In this document: one piece after another, positions 37,500 to 46,844 of the stretch | Position numbering within the stretch: the stretch's first letter is position 1 | Layout: the number at the start of each line of letters is the position of its first letter | Source of the DNA: a bacterium | GTDB lineage: Bacteria; Patescibacteriota; Minisyncoccia; UBA6257; GWB1-50-10 | Assembly (NCBI GenBank): GCA_002686365.1 | Contig: NZBZ01000020.1 | Coordinates: 1 to 53,483, forward strand | Direction of reading: 5' to 3' | DNA: 53,483 nt | Notes under the pieces: model-generated | Database searches by the model: none | The model's input: only the letters and a program-made list of their open reading frames with translations | What the model was told of the DNA's origin: nothing | Made by a program: the position numbers and the translations under genes

Positions 37500-38198
37500 G
37501 TGAATCTACAGGCAGACCCACAGAAGATCAGACGCTTCTTCAAGGCATTCGAGGGACGACGACATCCCATGGAGATGAAGCTTCTCGAGGCAGCGAAGCT
37601 CGTAGGAGACTTCGAAAACGTCCGTCTGCACTGCCGGATTGAGGGGGCAATCGGCGAGATGCTTGCCGAAGTGTTAGGGCTAGACCCATACGATGGCCTG
37701 AGTCTAGTGCAGGCGTTCCTCGGCCACGACTATGACAAGCACATGGAACTGCATCCTGAGCACTTCACCCCACAGGAGCTGGAAGAAATCAAACGCGCCC
37801 GCAGCACCCTGTGCCTGGATGAGGTTCTCTTGGCAGCAACCAAGCCGGAGTTCGCAGTACGCTGGATGCATGAGCACGATGATATCAGTCTCCTCGAGCA
37901 GCTCATGCACTACGTTGACTCCATCTGCAAAGACGACGACATCGTCCCGCTCATGGAACGAATCGCCGAGGTGGAGAGACGGAAGCCCCAGAGAACTGCA
38001 GAGTTCTGGGATGCCTTAGGTCAGAGAAGGTACTGGGATGTGGAGCGTGAGATGGGTCAGGAGGAGGAGCACAGAATTTGGGAGCTCCTCACTGCCGCAG
38101 GCTGCGAGATCGAGAGCCCAGAGCAGGTGCCCGCATGGATACGTTCGGAACTCGAGGCACGGATCGCAGCATATGTCCCTCCAGAGGACGCTCAGTAG
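37500..38198 (+). CDS. HD-domain-like protein, GC-rich
   Basis: LHC...A..LA..LGL....L..AFLGHDYDK and later HYVD; SD GAGGAG; GTG start; terminator 38248-38280. Confidence 0.65.
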   Translation: MNLQADPQKIRRFFKAFEGRRHPMEMKLLEAAKLVGDFENVRLHCRIEGAIGEMLAEVLGLDPYDGLSLVQAFLGHDYDKHMELHPEHFTPQELEEIKRARSTLCLDEVLLAATKPEFAVRWMHEHDDISLLEQLMHYVDSICKDDDIVPLMERIAEVERRKPQRTAEFWDALGQRRYWDVEREMGQEEEHRIWELLTAAGCEIESPEQVPAWIRSELEARIAAYVPPEDAQ

Positions 38199-38377
38199 GT
38201 TCTGCTGCGCGCAGCCCCACTAAGCTGCACAGAGTCGAAAACACAACACCCTACAGAGGAATCTGTAGGGTCTTTTCTTTATTAAGGGGGCACTAGGGGT
38301 TTTGTTTTGAAGTTTTTAGCATATGCCTGTAAAATTCAGCATATAGTAGATTATTAGGGTCAGAAGCCCTGTTTTTC

Positions 38378-39631
38378 ATGAAAAATCAGACTGTTTATTA
38401 CATTATTCTTGCTTTCGTATTCACTGCCATTACTGCTGTTATAAGTTTTCCTCTTATTTCAACCTACTTAGAAGACGCAGGTCATGATAGTAGATGGTAT
38501 GTTCTTCTTGCAGAGGGAAGAATAAACGAGGTAATAGAGCCATTTTCCAGCAGAATCCTGCATCCAGCTATTGCAGGATGGATAGATGCATTTTTACCGC
38601 TTAATATTGGCGAGTCTTTTTTTGTGCTGGGTATTATCTCTCTATTTTTATTCTTAATACTAAACTCTCTCATAATAAGAAAAATCACACCATCCCCGCT
38701 TCTTATTATCCCGCTCATCTTTATCCCATATCTGATTGAGGTGTCGCGAGAATTTTTCATACCAGACATTTTTTATATATTTTTAGTATCAATCTTCTTC
38801 TTTGCTCTCTATCACAAAAAGGAAGGCATAAGTCTCGGCATACTCTTTCTTTTATTTTTTGCGCGCGAATCAACCATTCTCCTAGGCCTTGTTATGCTTG
38901 CAATAAGCCTAATTCGCAAAAAAAAGAAGCTATTTATTGGAACCCTAATTGTGATAGCAGTATCTATGTTTATTTCCGCGCAGCTTGCTGCCCCGAGCCT
39001 GTCAAATATTCATAATGTGGGGGGGTCAGCATACACTGTATTAAAGTTGAGCTATAACTTTTTTAACAACTTTTTTGGAATAAAGCTTTGGGCAAGTACT
39101 CTTGCAGGAAACTGTGAGCCAGTTCTAAAAGTCGCGCTTCCAGAATGGTCTTTATTCGGGTCTATTCAAGAGGCAGGAGTATGCAAATGGAATCCTTCTG
39201 CTCCTTTGCACTCATTAGCAGCGCTCCTTACAGTTTTTGGCATAGCGCCCCTAGTATTTTTATATATTGGAGTTAAAAAGATAAAATTCATTCTCCATTC
39301 TGCTCCATTTTGGATTTCTTTAGCCTCCTTCTTTGGCCTCACATACTATATTGTAGGAGTTGCAGCAGGAACTGGTGTTGGAAGGATTATAGGTTATGGA
39401 TGGCCTGCATTCTTCCTTGCTGTTCCGTTTCTTGTAAATATATTTTTTAAAGTAGATAAAAAGTTTATCATAAAGCTTTCTTTAGCGCAGATCTCTGTCG
39501 CATGGCTCTCTTATCTTATAGGTGGCGTGATAGACAATCACATAATAGGCGCGATCATCTCTATTGTGATTGCTGTGCCAGCCTACATTTGGGTTCTTGG
39601 TCTGCTTAAAAAACAGCAAAAGAAGATATGA
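38378..39631 (+). CDS. Polytopic membrane protein, probable GT-C-fold glycosyltransferase/polymerase
   Basis: N-terminal DS..Y loop, PFSSRIL.P, RES motif, ~11 TM; glycan-cluster context. Confidence 0.6.
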   Translation: MKNQTVYYIILAFVFTAITAVISFPLISTYLEDAGHDSRWYVLLAEGRINEVIEPFSSRILHPAIAGWIDAFLPLNIGESFFVLGIISLFLFLILNSLIIRKITPSPLLIIPLIFIPYLIEVSREFFIPDIFYIFLVSIFFFALYHKKEGISLGILFLLFFARESTILLGLVMLAISLIRKKKKLFIGTLIVIAVSMFISAQLAAPSLSNIHNVGGSAYTVLKLSYNFFNNFFGIKLWASTLAGNCEPVLKVALPEWSLFGSIQEAGVCKWNPSAPLHSLAALLTVFGIAPLVFLYIGVKKIKFILHSAPFWISLASFFGLTYYIVGVAAGTGVGRIIGYGWPAFFLAVPFLVNIFFKVDKKFIIKLSLAQISVAWLSYLIGGVIDNHIIGAIISIVIAVPAYIWVLGLLKKQQKKI

Positions 39632-40845
39632 TAGAAATTTCAGGCAAAAAAATACTTCTTATAATAGGAATTATCGCAATAATTGTTTTTGCCCTCGCCA
39701 TTGTATGGAATGACTTAAACTTTTCTTTTTTTGTAAATCTGCTTTTTGTTGATGCTAAAGAGTTTGCAGAAGAGGGGAGTATTACAGCTGACTTTATGCC
39801 CATTGGGTACTCAAGCTTTTTGGGGTCGTGCATGAAAATAGGAGGAGCAGGAGGAATCCCAGCATGCCAGTCTCTTGTGTATGCAGGAGTACTGCTCATG
39901 GCTTTTTGGTTTTTAAGGCCGCGTGAAGGGGGCTTCAGCATACTGCGAGCGCTCGGAATAGCTGCAGTAGCGCTTCACCCAATGCTCATTTTGAACATCT
40001 GGAGAGTTCATGATGGGAATCTAACCACTCTCCTGTTGATGGGACTCTTAGCCTCAGGAATCGCTTTTATACGTTTTAAAAGCATGCGATGGATTATACT
40101 GCTTGGCGTCTTCTCCGGGCTTCTCTTTACAGTACGTCCAAATACGATTTCTCTGGTTGTAATTACGCTTCTCCTGCTTCTTGCAGCAAAAGGAGCTGGA
40201 ACAAAGATAAAGCGCTTAGGAAGAATTGTTATTTTTGCCGCAATCGCTGTCTTTCTAGTAATGGGCGTAAATACTGTGGTAAAACAGGCCCCATCTTTCT
40301 TTGCAAGGCACGGCATGTACAACTTATTCGCAGGCACGAATGAGTATGCAGAACAGTATTTGCTTTCTGACTACAGTGGAGAAAATTCTTTAGAAGAGGC
40401 ATTAAAAGCAAGGGGATTTATAGAAGAAACATTTGAGGAACGGCTCGCATTTCCTTCAGAGACATACAGGGAGCTTGCATTAGATTATGTAAGGGCGCAT
40501 CCATTTGAATATGCAAAGCTAACTGCAATCAAGTTTATAACCATACTTCGGCCCGGATATCATGTGCCAGATAATTTCGCGTGGGGATCAATGGATGGCG
40601 TAAAAAGAATTGTAAAAATAGCGCTTGCGCTTCCGATTCTTATCTGGATATTCATTGTTTGGAAGACCAGAAAAAGTTTCTTTGATGAGGAGAATATATT
40701 TATATTTCTTATTGTTATCTTCTATCTTCTTCCGTTTCTACTTGCAAACGCAGACCCGCGTATGCGCTTCCCATTAGATATATTGCTAGTTGCTGATATA
40801 TTCCGCAGGCTTGCAGAGAGCAGGAGGGCACAAGCAAGGACTTGA
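39628..40845 (+). CDS. Polytopic membrane protein, probable GT-C-fold glycosyltransferase
   Basis: PIGYS.FL, VRPN, C-terminal DPRMRFP. Confidence 0.65.
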   Translation: MIEISGKKILLIIGIIAIIVFALAIVWNDLNFSFFVNLLFVDAKEFAEEGSITADFMPIGYSSFLGSCMKIGGAGGIPACQSLVYAGVLLMAFWFLRPREGGFSILRALGIAAVALHPMLILNIWRVHDGNLTTLLLMGLLASGIAFIRFKSMRWIILLGVFSGLLFTVRPNTISLVVITLLLLLAAKGAGTKIKRLGRIVIFAAIAVFLVMGVNTVVKQAPSFFARHGMYNLFAGTNEYAEQYLLSDYSGENSLEEALKARGFIEETFEERLAFPSETYRELALDYVRAHPFEYAKLTAIKFITILRPGYHVPDNFAWGSMDGVKRIVKIALALPILIWIFIVWKTRKSFFDEENIFIFLIVIFYLLPFLLANADPRMRFPLDILLVADIFRRLAESRRAQART

Positions 40846-40929
40846 TTTTTTGTAGCGATTGATGTATAACATACTGGCTCCAATAACAACCAGCCAAACG
40901 GTACACCCGTACGCCTTAAGGAGGCGACA

Positions 40930-41562
40930 GTGGCAGTAGTAGATCTCGCAGACGTCGAAACCCACGTGATTGCCAGAGTGCTCAACGAACGCCTAGACGG
41001 GGTGTCCTTCTTGCCGGATGGCGTCTATGAGCTCTTCGCTGAGCACAGCATCATGCCCTGCGTGGACGGATTCCCGGTCCAGATGGGGCCAGAAGTGCCG
41101 GAGATGTTGTTCATCCGACGGGAGACGGGAAAGTACACAGGATTCTGGTGGTGCGTTGGCGGTCTCGTCAAGGTCTTCGTCGAGGAGACCGGGGAAGGCG
41201 AGAGCTTGAGCACTGCCATGATACGTCACTTCCAGTCGACGCTGGGAGTGGGCATCGTCCTCCCACAGGGATGCGCCTGGAACAAACCCGTCATGGTCGC
41301 CCAGCATGCCCCCTACGAGCTCGATGTGGCAGAAGGTGAGTTCGCCGGAGACGAACCTTCCAAGCACTGTATCTCCCCAACCTTCCTTGTGAAGCTGCAG
41401 AGTCAGGACTTCGAATTCGGCACCGGAGCTGACGGCAGGAAGGAAGCAGGGGACTTCCGCTGGTTCCCCGTTGACGCACTACCGCCTGACGAGGAGATCG
41501 CCTACCGCGGGCAGAACACCGTCCGCGTGATGGCAGAGGCGTGCCGCACGCTCTTCTCGTAA
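40930..41562 (+). CDS. NUDIX-like hydrolase (degenerate Nudix box), GC-rich
   Basis: LFIRR...W..VGG.....GESLSTAMIRH; FRWFPVDALP; SD AAGGAGG. Confidence 0.6.
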   Translation: MAVVDLADVETHVIARVLNERLDGVSFLPDGVYELFAEHSIMPCVDGFPVQMGPEVPEMLFIRRETGKYTGFWWCVGGLVKVFVEETGEGESLSTAMIRHFQSTLGVGIVLPQGCAWNKPVMVAQHAPYELDVAEGEFAGDEPSKHCISPTFLVKLQSQDFEFGTGADGRKEAGDFRWFPVDALPPDEEIAYRGQNTVRVMAEACRTLFS

Positions 41563-41687
41563 GAGTCGCGCGATGCGCGATGAATTCGAATCAGGGCTTC
41601 CCACAGGGAAGTCCATTTTTTTATCCTCATAAACAAGCAGCATATTTTGACCTTTCCGTGTATTTCAGTTAAATTAAAACCTATGAA

Positions 41688-41808
41688 TCCCGTTAGAGAC
41701 AGCCAAATATTAGATATATTGCATACTGTAGTCACAAGACAGTCGTTATTGCACAGTCAACAAAAAACATCACAGACGTGTTTTAAACACGCTCTGTCTC
41801 TAACGGGA
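41688..41808. mobile_element. Start-codon palindromic element, family A (TCCCGTTAGAGACAG...CTGTCTCTAACGGGA)
   Basis: 15-bp IR, TGAA flanks; leader ORF 41683-41811. Confidence 0.75.
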
Positions 41809-42236
41809 TGAAAATAAAGAGACTACAACCAGAGTGCAACTTAGATACTATCCGAGATGGGCGGGGCGGTATTTTTACCTTTCATTCAGATAAGCCCATT
41901 GTTGAATTTAATTTCCAATTCATCAATAAGGGTAAGATACGGGGAAATCATTATCACCCGGAGTTTGATGAGTACTATCTCTTTACTGAAGGGAATGGTG
42001 TTATGGTGACGAAAAATGATAAGGGCGAGGAGGAGTTTCTCTATGTAGGAACCGGAGACTGTATATTTATTCCTCTGGGAGTTTCTCATGTAACCTATGC
42101 AATCACTGACATCAAGTATGTGACCTTTCTTACAAAAAAATGGGATGACTGCGAAAAACCGATTGTGCATGAGGACTTGGGAATGGGCAAGGGAAGCCAT
42201 GGGGAGCCGGACTATAAGGGTCCAAAACAGAAATGA
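41808..42236 (+). CDS. Cupin-fold NDP-sugar isomerase/epimerase (FdtA/WxcM-like)
   Basis: DGRG, RGNHYH, cupin second motif P.GVSH. Confidence 0.75.
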   Translation: MKIKRLQPECNLDTIRDGRGGIFTFHSDKPIVEFNFQFINKGKIRGNHYHPEFDEYYLFTEGNGVMVTKNDKGEEEFLYVGTGDCIFIPLGVSHVTYAITDIKYVTFLTKKWDDCEKPIVHEDLGMGKGSHGEPDYKGPKQK

Positions 42237-43243
42237 GTGACTCGAAAAAAATTAGATTTGGAATACTAGGCTGCTCCCGCGTAGCGCATAAGGGGGTATT
42301 GCCGGCAATTATAGGCGCAGAGTCAGCGGATCTTACAATGGTGGGGAGTAGGTCTTTGGATAAGGCAGAAGAGACTGCAAAAGAGTTTGATTGTGCTAAG
42401 TGGGGAACATACGAGGATGTTTTAAAAAATAAAGAAGTAGATGCCGTATATATCTCCATTCCTCCATCACTCCATGAAGAGTGGGCTGTAAAAGCTGCGC
42501 AAGAGGGCAAGCACGTCTATTGTGAAAAGCCTGCGACAGTTTCATATGATGAGGCAAAAAGAATGGTTGAGACAGCGCAAAAGAATAAGGTGCGGCTTAT
42601 TGAGGGCTTGATGTTTCGATATCATCCCCAAAATGAGAAGGTTCGAGAAATGATTGAAGGGGGAGAGTTAGGAGAGATACTGCGATTCAATGGATGCTTT
42701 AGCTATGACATGCCTGATCAGGAAAGCAATGCAATGAGTAAGGAGCTGGGGGGTGGTTCGCTATACAGCTGCGGGGTATATCCAATCTCTGCCAGCCGCA
42801 TGGTGTTTAATGAGGAGCCGATTAGTGTGTTTGCTAAGATGCGTATTGATTCAAAAAGTAAGGTTGATATAGAGACTCATGTAATGATGGAGTTTCCTAA
42901 TAATAAAATCGCATTTGTGTCCTCACTCTTTGGCGCATACTATCAGTCAATGTATGAAGTTTTGGGAGACAAGGCGCACGTAAGAATGAAGAGGGCATAT
43001 GCTGTGCCAAGAGATTGGGAAACCAAGATGTTTGTAGATAAAGACGATAAGGTAACTGAAGTAATAATCAAGCCCGCAGACCATTTCAAGCTGATGATTG
43101 AAGATTTCTGTGATGAGATTTCAAAGAAAGAGGCGAGCACAAAAGATTACGAGGCTGAACTCCTAGCGCAATCCAGAGTGCTTGAGGCAGTAAAAAGGTC
43201 AAGCAAAGAAAATAGAGTAGTAAATATAGAAGAAATAGTATGA
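42233..43243 (+). CDS. Gfo/Idh/MocA oxidoreductase, NDP-hexose ketoreductase-like
   Basis: GILGCSRVA, GKHVYCEKP, MFRYHPQ, GGGSLY..G.YPI. Confidence 0.88.
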   Translation: MSDSKKIRFGILGCSRVAHKGVLPAIIGAESADLTMVGSRSLDKAEETAKEFDCAKWGTYEDVLKNKEVDAVYISIPPSLHEEWAVKAAQEGKHVYCEKPATVSYDEAKRMVETAQKNKVRLIEGLMFRYHPQNEKVREMIEGGELGEILRFNGCFSYDMPDQESNAMSKELGGGSLYSCGVYPISASRMVFNEEPISVFAKMRIDSKSKVDIETHVMMEFPNNKIAFVSSLFGAYYQSMYEVLGDKAHVRMKRAYAVPRDWETKMFVDKDDKVTEVIIKPADHFKLMIEDFCDEISKKEASTKDYEAELLAQSRVLEAVKRSSKENRVVNIEEIV

Positions 43244-43992
43244 CAGAAAAAGAAGTAGAGCTGGACATTATAATGCCGGTGTACAATGAGGGGGAGAACA
43301 TACTCGATGCGCTCGAGGGCCTTAGGCATGGCGTAAAAACGAGCTTTAGAGTGTTTGTCTGCTATGACTTTGATGAAGATAATACTTTAAAAGCACTGGA
43401 AAAAGCAGATTGTGATTTTGACATAGTCTTAGTAAAAAATCGAAGCACAGGACCGCACGAAGCTGTGATGACAGGATTTGAAAGATCAAGTGCCGGAGCA
43501 GTTATTACCTATCCAGCTGATGAGGCATACAATGCGGAAATTATTGACAGAATGTATGCAAAGTTTAAAGAGGGCAATGATGTTGTTGTGGCAAGCAGAC
43601 TTACAAAAGGCGGAGAGATGAGCGGAGGACCTCGCTTCAAATCCTTTCTGGTAAGGTCAGGGTCATTTTTTCTTCATCACTTTGCAGCTCTCCCTGCGAC
43701 AGATGCAACATATGGATGGAGAATGTTTTCAAGACGAATTATTAATACAGTAGAAATAGAATCTACTGCAGGATTTACCTATGCAATAGAGCTTCTTGTA
43801 AAGTGTCACCGTCTAAAATGGAATATAGATGAGGTGCCGGCAAGATGGCTTATGCGGGAAAAGGGGGAGAGTCGTTTCAACTTAAGAAAGTGGTTTCCGC
43901 TTTATGCAAAATGGTTTTTTTACGCATTAGCAACAACCTATCTGCGAAGAGGACCAGATACCGTAAAGCTGAAACCTGGGGCAAAAATATAA
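43240..43992 (+). CDS. GT2 glycosyltransferase (polyprenol-P glycosyltransferase-like)
   Basis: IIMPVYNEGENI, YDFDED, PAD, DVVVASR, D.TYG.R. Confidence 0.88.
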   Translation: MTEKEVELDIIMPVYNEGENILDALEGLRHGVKTSFRVFVCYDFDEDNTLKALEKADCDFDIVLVKNRSTGPHEAVMTGFERSSAGAVITYPADEAYNAEIIDRMYAKFKEGNDVVVASRLTKGGEMSGGPRFKSFLVRSGSFFLHHFAALPATDATYGWRMFSRRIINTVEIESTAGFTYAIELLVKCHRLKWNIDEVPARWLMREKGESRFNLRKWFPLYAKWFFYALATTYLRRGPDTVKLKPGAKI

Positions 43993-43998
43993 AATGAG

Positions 43999-44124
43999 TC
44001 CCGTTAGAAGTAGCAAAGCAAACTAAATATGCTCAAACATAAATCCACAACAAAACAAAGTCGTACAAACCATAGTGTAAGCTACGGTTTTGTGTGTAGC
44101 GCACAAAAACTACTTCTAACGGGA
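43999..44124. mobile_element. Start-codon palindromic element, family A variant, flanked by TGAG on both sides
   Basis: TCCCGTTAGAAGTAG...CTACTTCTAACGGGA; leader ORF 44029-44127. Confidence 0.78.
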
Positions 44125-45365
44125 TGAGCAAGACAGAAAAAAGCAGAGCTGTTACGCACTGCCAAATATGCGATAAAACGCCTCTGGACTCGATCCTATT
44201 TTTAGGATATCTTCCGCCAGTAAATGATTTTCATCCAATCGGCGAAAGGCCAAAAGAGGAGCCTAGTTATCCGGCAGAAGTTCTCTACTGTGATAGATGC
44301 CATCTGGTTCAGTCCGGTCTTATTGTGGATCCAAAGGTTATCTTCCCCTCATCATATCCATACACATCAAGTACAACTAAGGCGCTTAGGGATAACTTTG
44401 CCGAGTTATATAAAGAATGCACCTCATTATATGAGGTGGGGGCTGATGATCTTGTAATTGATATTGGATCAAATGACGGAAATCTCTTAAGCAATTTCAA
44501 GGAAAAGCATAAGGTGCTGGGAGTAACTCCAGAGGATATTGGAAAAATTGCAGTTGAGAGAGGTATTCCAACAATCATAGATTACTTTACAAAAGAGCTG
44601 GCAGGAAAAATAAAAGAAGAACATGGAAAGGCAAAAATTGTTACTGCCACAAATACATTCGCGCACGTTGATGATGTAAATGATGTTGCGGAATCTGTTC
44701 TTGAGATACTGCAGGACGATGGAATCTTTATTACAGAATCTCACTACATCTTATCAATGATGGAGATGAATCAGTTTGACACCATCTACCACGAGCATCT
44801 ACGGCACTACTCGCTCCACAGTCTGCAGTATCTTTTTGAACTGCATGGGATGGAAATAATTCACGCAAAGAAAATTCCGTCTCATGCCGGATCAATACGA
44901 GTCTATGCTGCAAGAAAGGGGAAGCATCCAATACTTGATACAGTAGCCCCGCTTCTTGAGGCGGAAAAAAACACCATCTTAAAAAAAGAACATCTGCTTG
45001 AATTCCGCAAAAGAGTGATTCTGACAAAGCTTGAGCTCGCATCTCTTCTCTACAATATTAAAAAAGAGGGGAAGCGAATCTATGGCATTGGAGCGCCGTC
45101 AAGGGGTACCACGCTAATTCATTATGTTGGCATTGATGAGGGAATCATTGACTGCACGCTTGAGATAAAGGGCTCTCAAAAAATGGATAAGTTGGTTCCG
45201 GGAACACTAATGCCCGTCTTGGAAGAGTCAAAGCTTTTCACAGATCAGCCAGAGTATGCGTTTATATTCGCATGGAACATTGCTGATACTCTTGTAAGCA
45301 AGCTAAGAGAAAAGGGATTCAAGGGGAAGTTTATCGTGCCCTTGCCCACTCCAAGGATAATTTAG
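44124..45365 (+). CDS. NDP-hexose C-methyltransferase (zinc-binding N-terminus plus SAM domain)
   Basis: C..C...LG..P..N..., C..CHLVQ, YPYTS, IDIGSNDG, YHEHLRHYS, YGIGAPSRG, FAWN. Confidence 0.88.
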   Translation: MSKTEKSRAVTHCQICDKTPLDSILFLGYLPPVNDFHPIGERPKEEPSYPAEVLYCDRCHLVQSGLIVDPKVIFPSSYPYTSSTTKALRDNFAELYKECTSLYEVGADDLVIDIGSNDGNLLSNFKEKHKVLGVTPEDIGKIAVERGIPTIIDYFTKELAGKIKEEHGKAKIVTATNTFAHVDDVNDVAESVLEILQDDGIFITESHYILSMMEMNQFDTIYHEHLRHYSLHSLQYLFELHGMEIIHAKKIPSHAGSIRVYAARKGKHPILDTVAPLLEAEKNTILKKEHLLEFRKRVILTKLELASLLYNIKKEGKRIYGIGAPSRGTTLIHYVGIDEGIIDCTLEIKGSQKMDKLVPGTLMPVLEESKLFTDQPEYAFIFAWNIADTLVSKLREKGFKGKFIVPLPTPRII

Positions 45366-45431
45366 GGGCTTGCCCCTCACATAATGCATTGAGTAGGGGC
45401 TTGCCCCTCACATAATACGTTATGTGAGGGG
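45363..45431. repeat. Minimal family-B palindrome CCCCTCACATAA-TACG-TTATGTGAGGGG (45404-45431) with a 23-bp direct duplication
   Basis: TAGGGGCTTGCCCCTCACATAAT at 45363-45385 and 45394-45416. Confidence 0.85.
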
Positions 45432-45475
45432 TTTACAACTACCGTATAAATTAGTATACATAAGGGTACTTATAT

Positions 45476-46699
45476 ATGGATAGAAAGTATGACCTTTGCA
45501 TTATAGGAGGGGCTGGCCATGTTGGTCTTCCTGTAGGAGTAGCATTTGCAAATGGCGGAGTAAAGACCGCTCTTTTTGATATAAACAAGATATCGCTTCA
45601 GCAGATTCAGGGAGGAAAGTTTCCATTTAAAGAAATAGGCGGAGATGAGGCGCTTCAGAGTGCGCTAAAAAGCGGAAACTTGTCTACAGTAGACTCGCCC
45701 GAGGTAATAGCACAGTCAAAATTCGTTTTAGTTGTTCTTGGCACTCCAATTGATGAGAACCTAAGCCCTCAGTTTGACGGTATCCTGCGGGCAATTGACC
45801 GATATATTAACTACTTTCAGGATGATCATATTATTATTCTAAGAAGCACGGTCTATCCCGGAACAACGGAAAAAATCCAAAACTACTTTCGCGAAAAGGG
45901 CAAGAATGTGCAGGTAACATTCTGTCCGGAGCGTATTACGCAAGGCCATGCCATAGAAGAGATAAAGGTACTGCCTCAAATCGTTTCAGCATTTGATGAG
46001 GATGCGTTAAAAAAGGTTTCAGACTTATTTAGAAAAATTACTAAGGCAAATATTATTTCTGTAAAGCCAATTGAGGCAGAGCTCGCAAAGCTGTTCACAA
46101 ACGCGTGGCGGTATATAAAATTCTCTGTGGCAAATCAGTTTTTTATGATAGCCCAAGAGCATGACTTGGATTACGAGAGTATTGAGAGAGCAATGAAGGA
46201 GGATTATAAGAGAAATCAGGATTTGCCGTCTCCGGGGCTTACAGCAGGACCATGCCTTTTAAAGGATACGATGCAGCTTGCTGCTTTTACTAACAATAGT
46301 TTTATGCTGGGACATGCGGCAATGCTTGTGAACCAAGGATTTGTAAACGACATGATTCGTCTGTTGAAGCGTGAATACGCTAAAGAACTTAAGGAAAAAA
46401 CGCTGGGAATCTTAGGCATGGCATTTAAGGCAGATAGTGATGACCATAGAGACTCACTCTCATACAAGATACAAAAAATAGCACACGTAGAATGCAAAAA
46501 AGTATTATGCAGTGACCCATACATAAAAGATCCGGATTTTGTTTCCAAGGATCACGTTCTTGAGAACTCGGATATTGTAATTCTTGCTGCTCCTCACGAG
46601 GAGTATTCGCACATTAATCCAAAAGACCATCCGCGCATTAAGTTTGTAGACGTATGGAACTTCTGGAAAAAGCCGCGTGAGAATGCGCAAAGTTCGTAA
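45476..46699 (+). CDS. Nucleotide-sugar dehydrogenase (UDP-Glc/GDP-Man/UDP-ManNAc dehydrogenase family)
   Basis: GGAGHVGLP, RSTVYPG, FCPER, AGPCLLKD, GMAFK..SDD.R.S. Confidence 0.9.
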   Translation: MDRKYDLCIIGGAGHVGLPVGVAFANGGVKTALFDINKISLQQIQGGKFPFKEIGGDEALQSALKSGNLSTVDSPEVIAQSKFVLVVLGTPIDENLSPQFDGILRAIDRYINYFQDDHIIILRSTVYPGTTEKIQNYFREKGKNVQVTFCPERITQGHAIEEIKVLPQIVSAFDEDALKKVSDLFRKITKANIISVKPIEAELAKLFTNAWRYIKFSVANQFFMIAQEHDLDYESIERAMKEDYKRNQDLPSPGLTAGPCLLKDTMQLAAFTNNSFMLGHAAMLVNQGFVNDMIRLLKREYAKELKEKTLGILGMAFKADSDDHRDSLSYKIQKIAHVECKKVLCSDPYIKDPDFVSKDHVLENSDIVILAAPHEEYSHINPKDHPRIKFVDVWNFWKKPRENAQSS

Positions 46700-46723
46700 A
46701 TCATTTAAAATAATACATATGAA

Positions 46724-46844
46724 TCCCGTTAGAGACAGTCAAATATTAGATATATTGCATATTGCAGTCACCAGACAGTCGCTATGGTACAGTCAACAAA
46801 AAACATCACAGATGTGTTTTAAACACACTCTGTCTCTAACGGGA
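46724..46844. mobile_element. Start-codon palindromic element, family A
   Basis: Co-linear with 41688-41808 with scattered substitutions; leader ORF 46719-46847. Confidence 0.78.
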
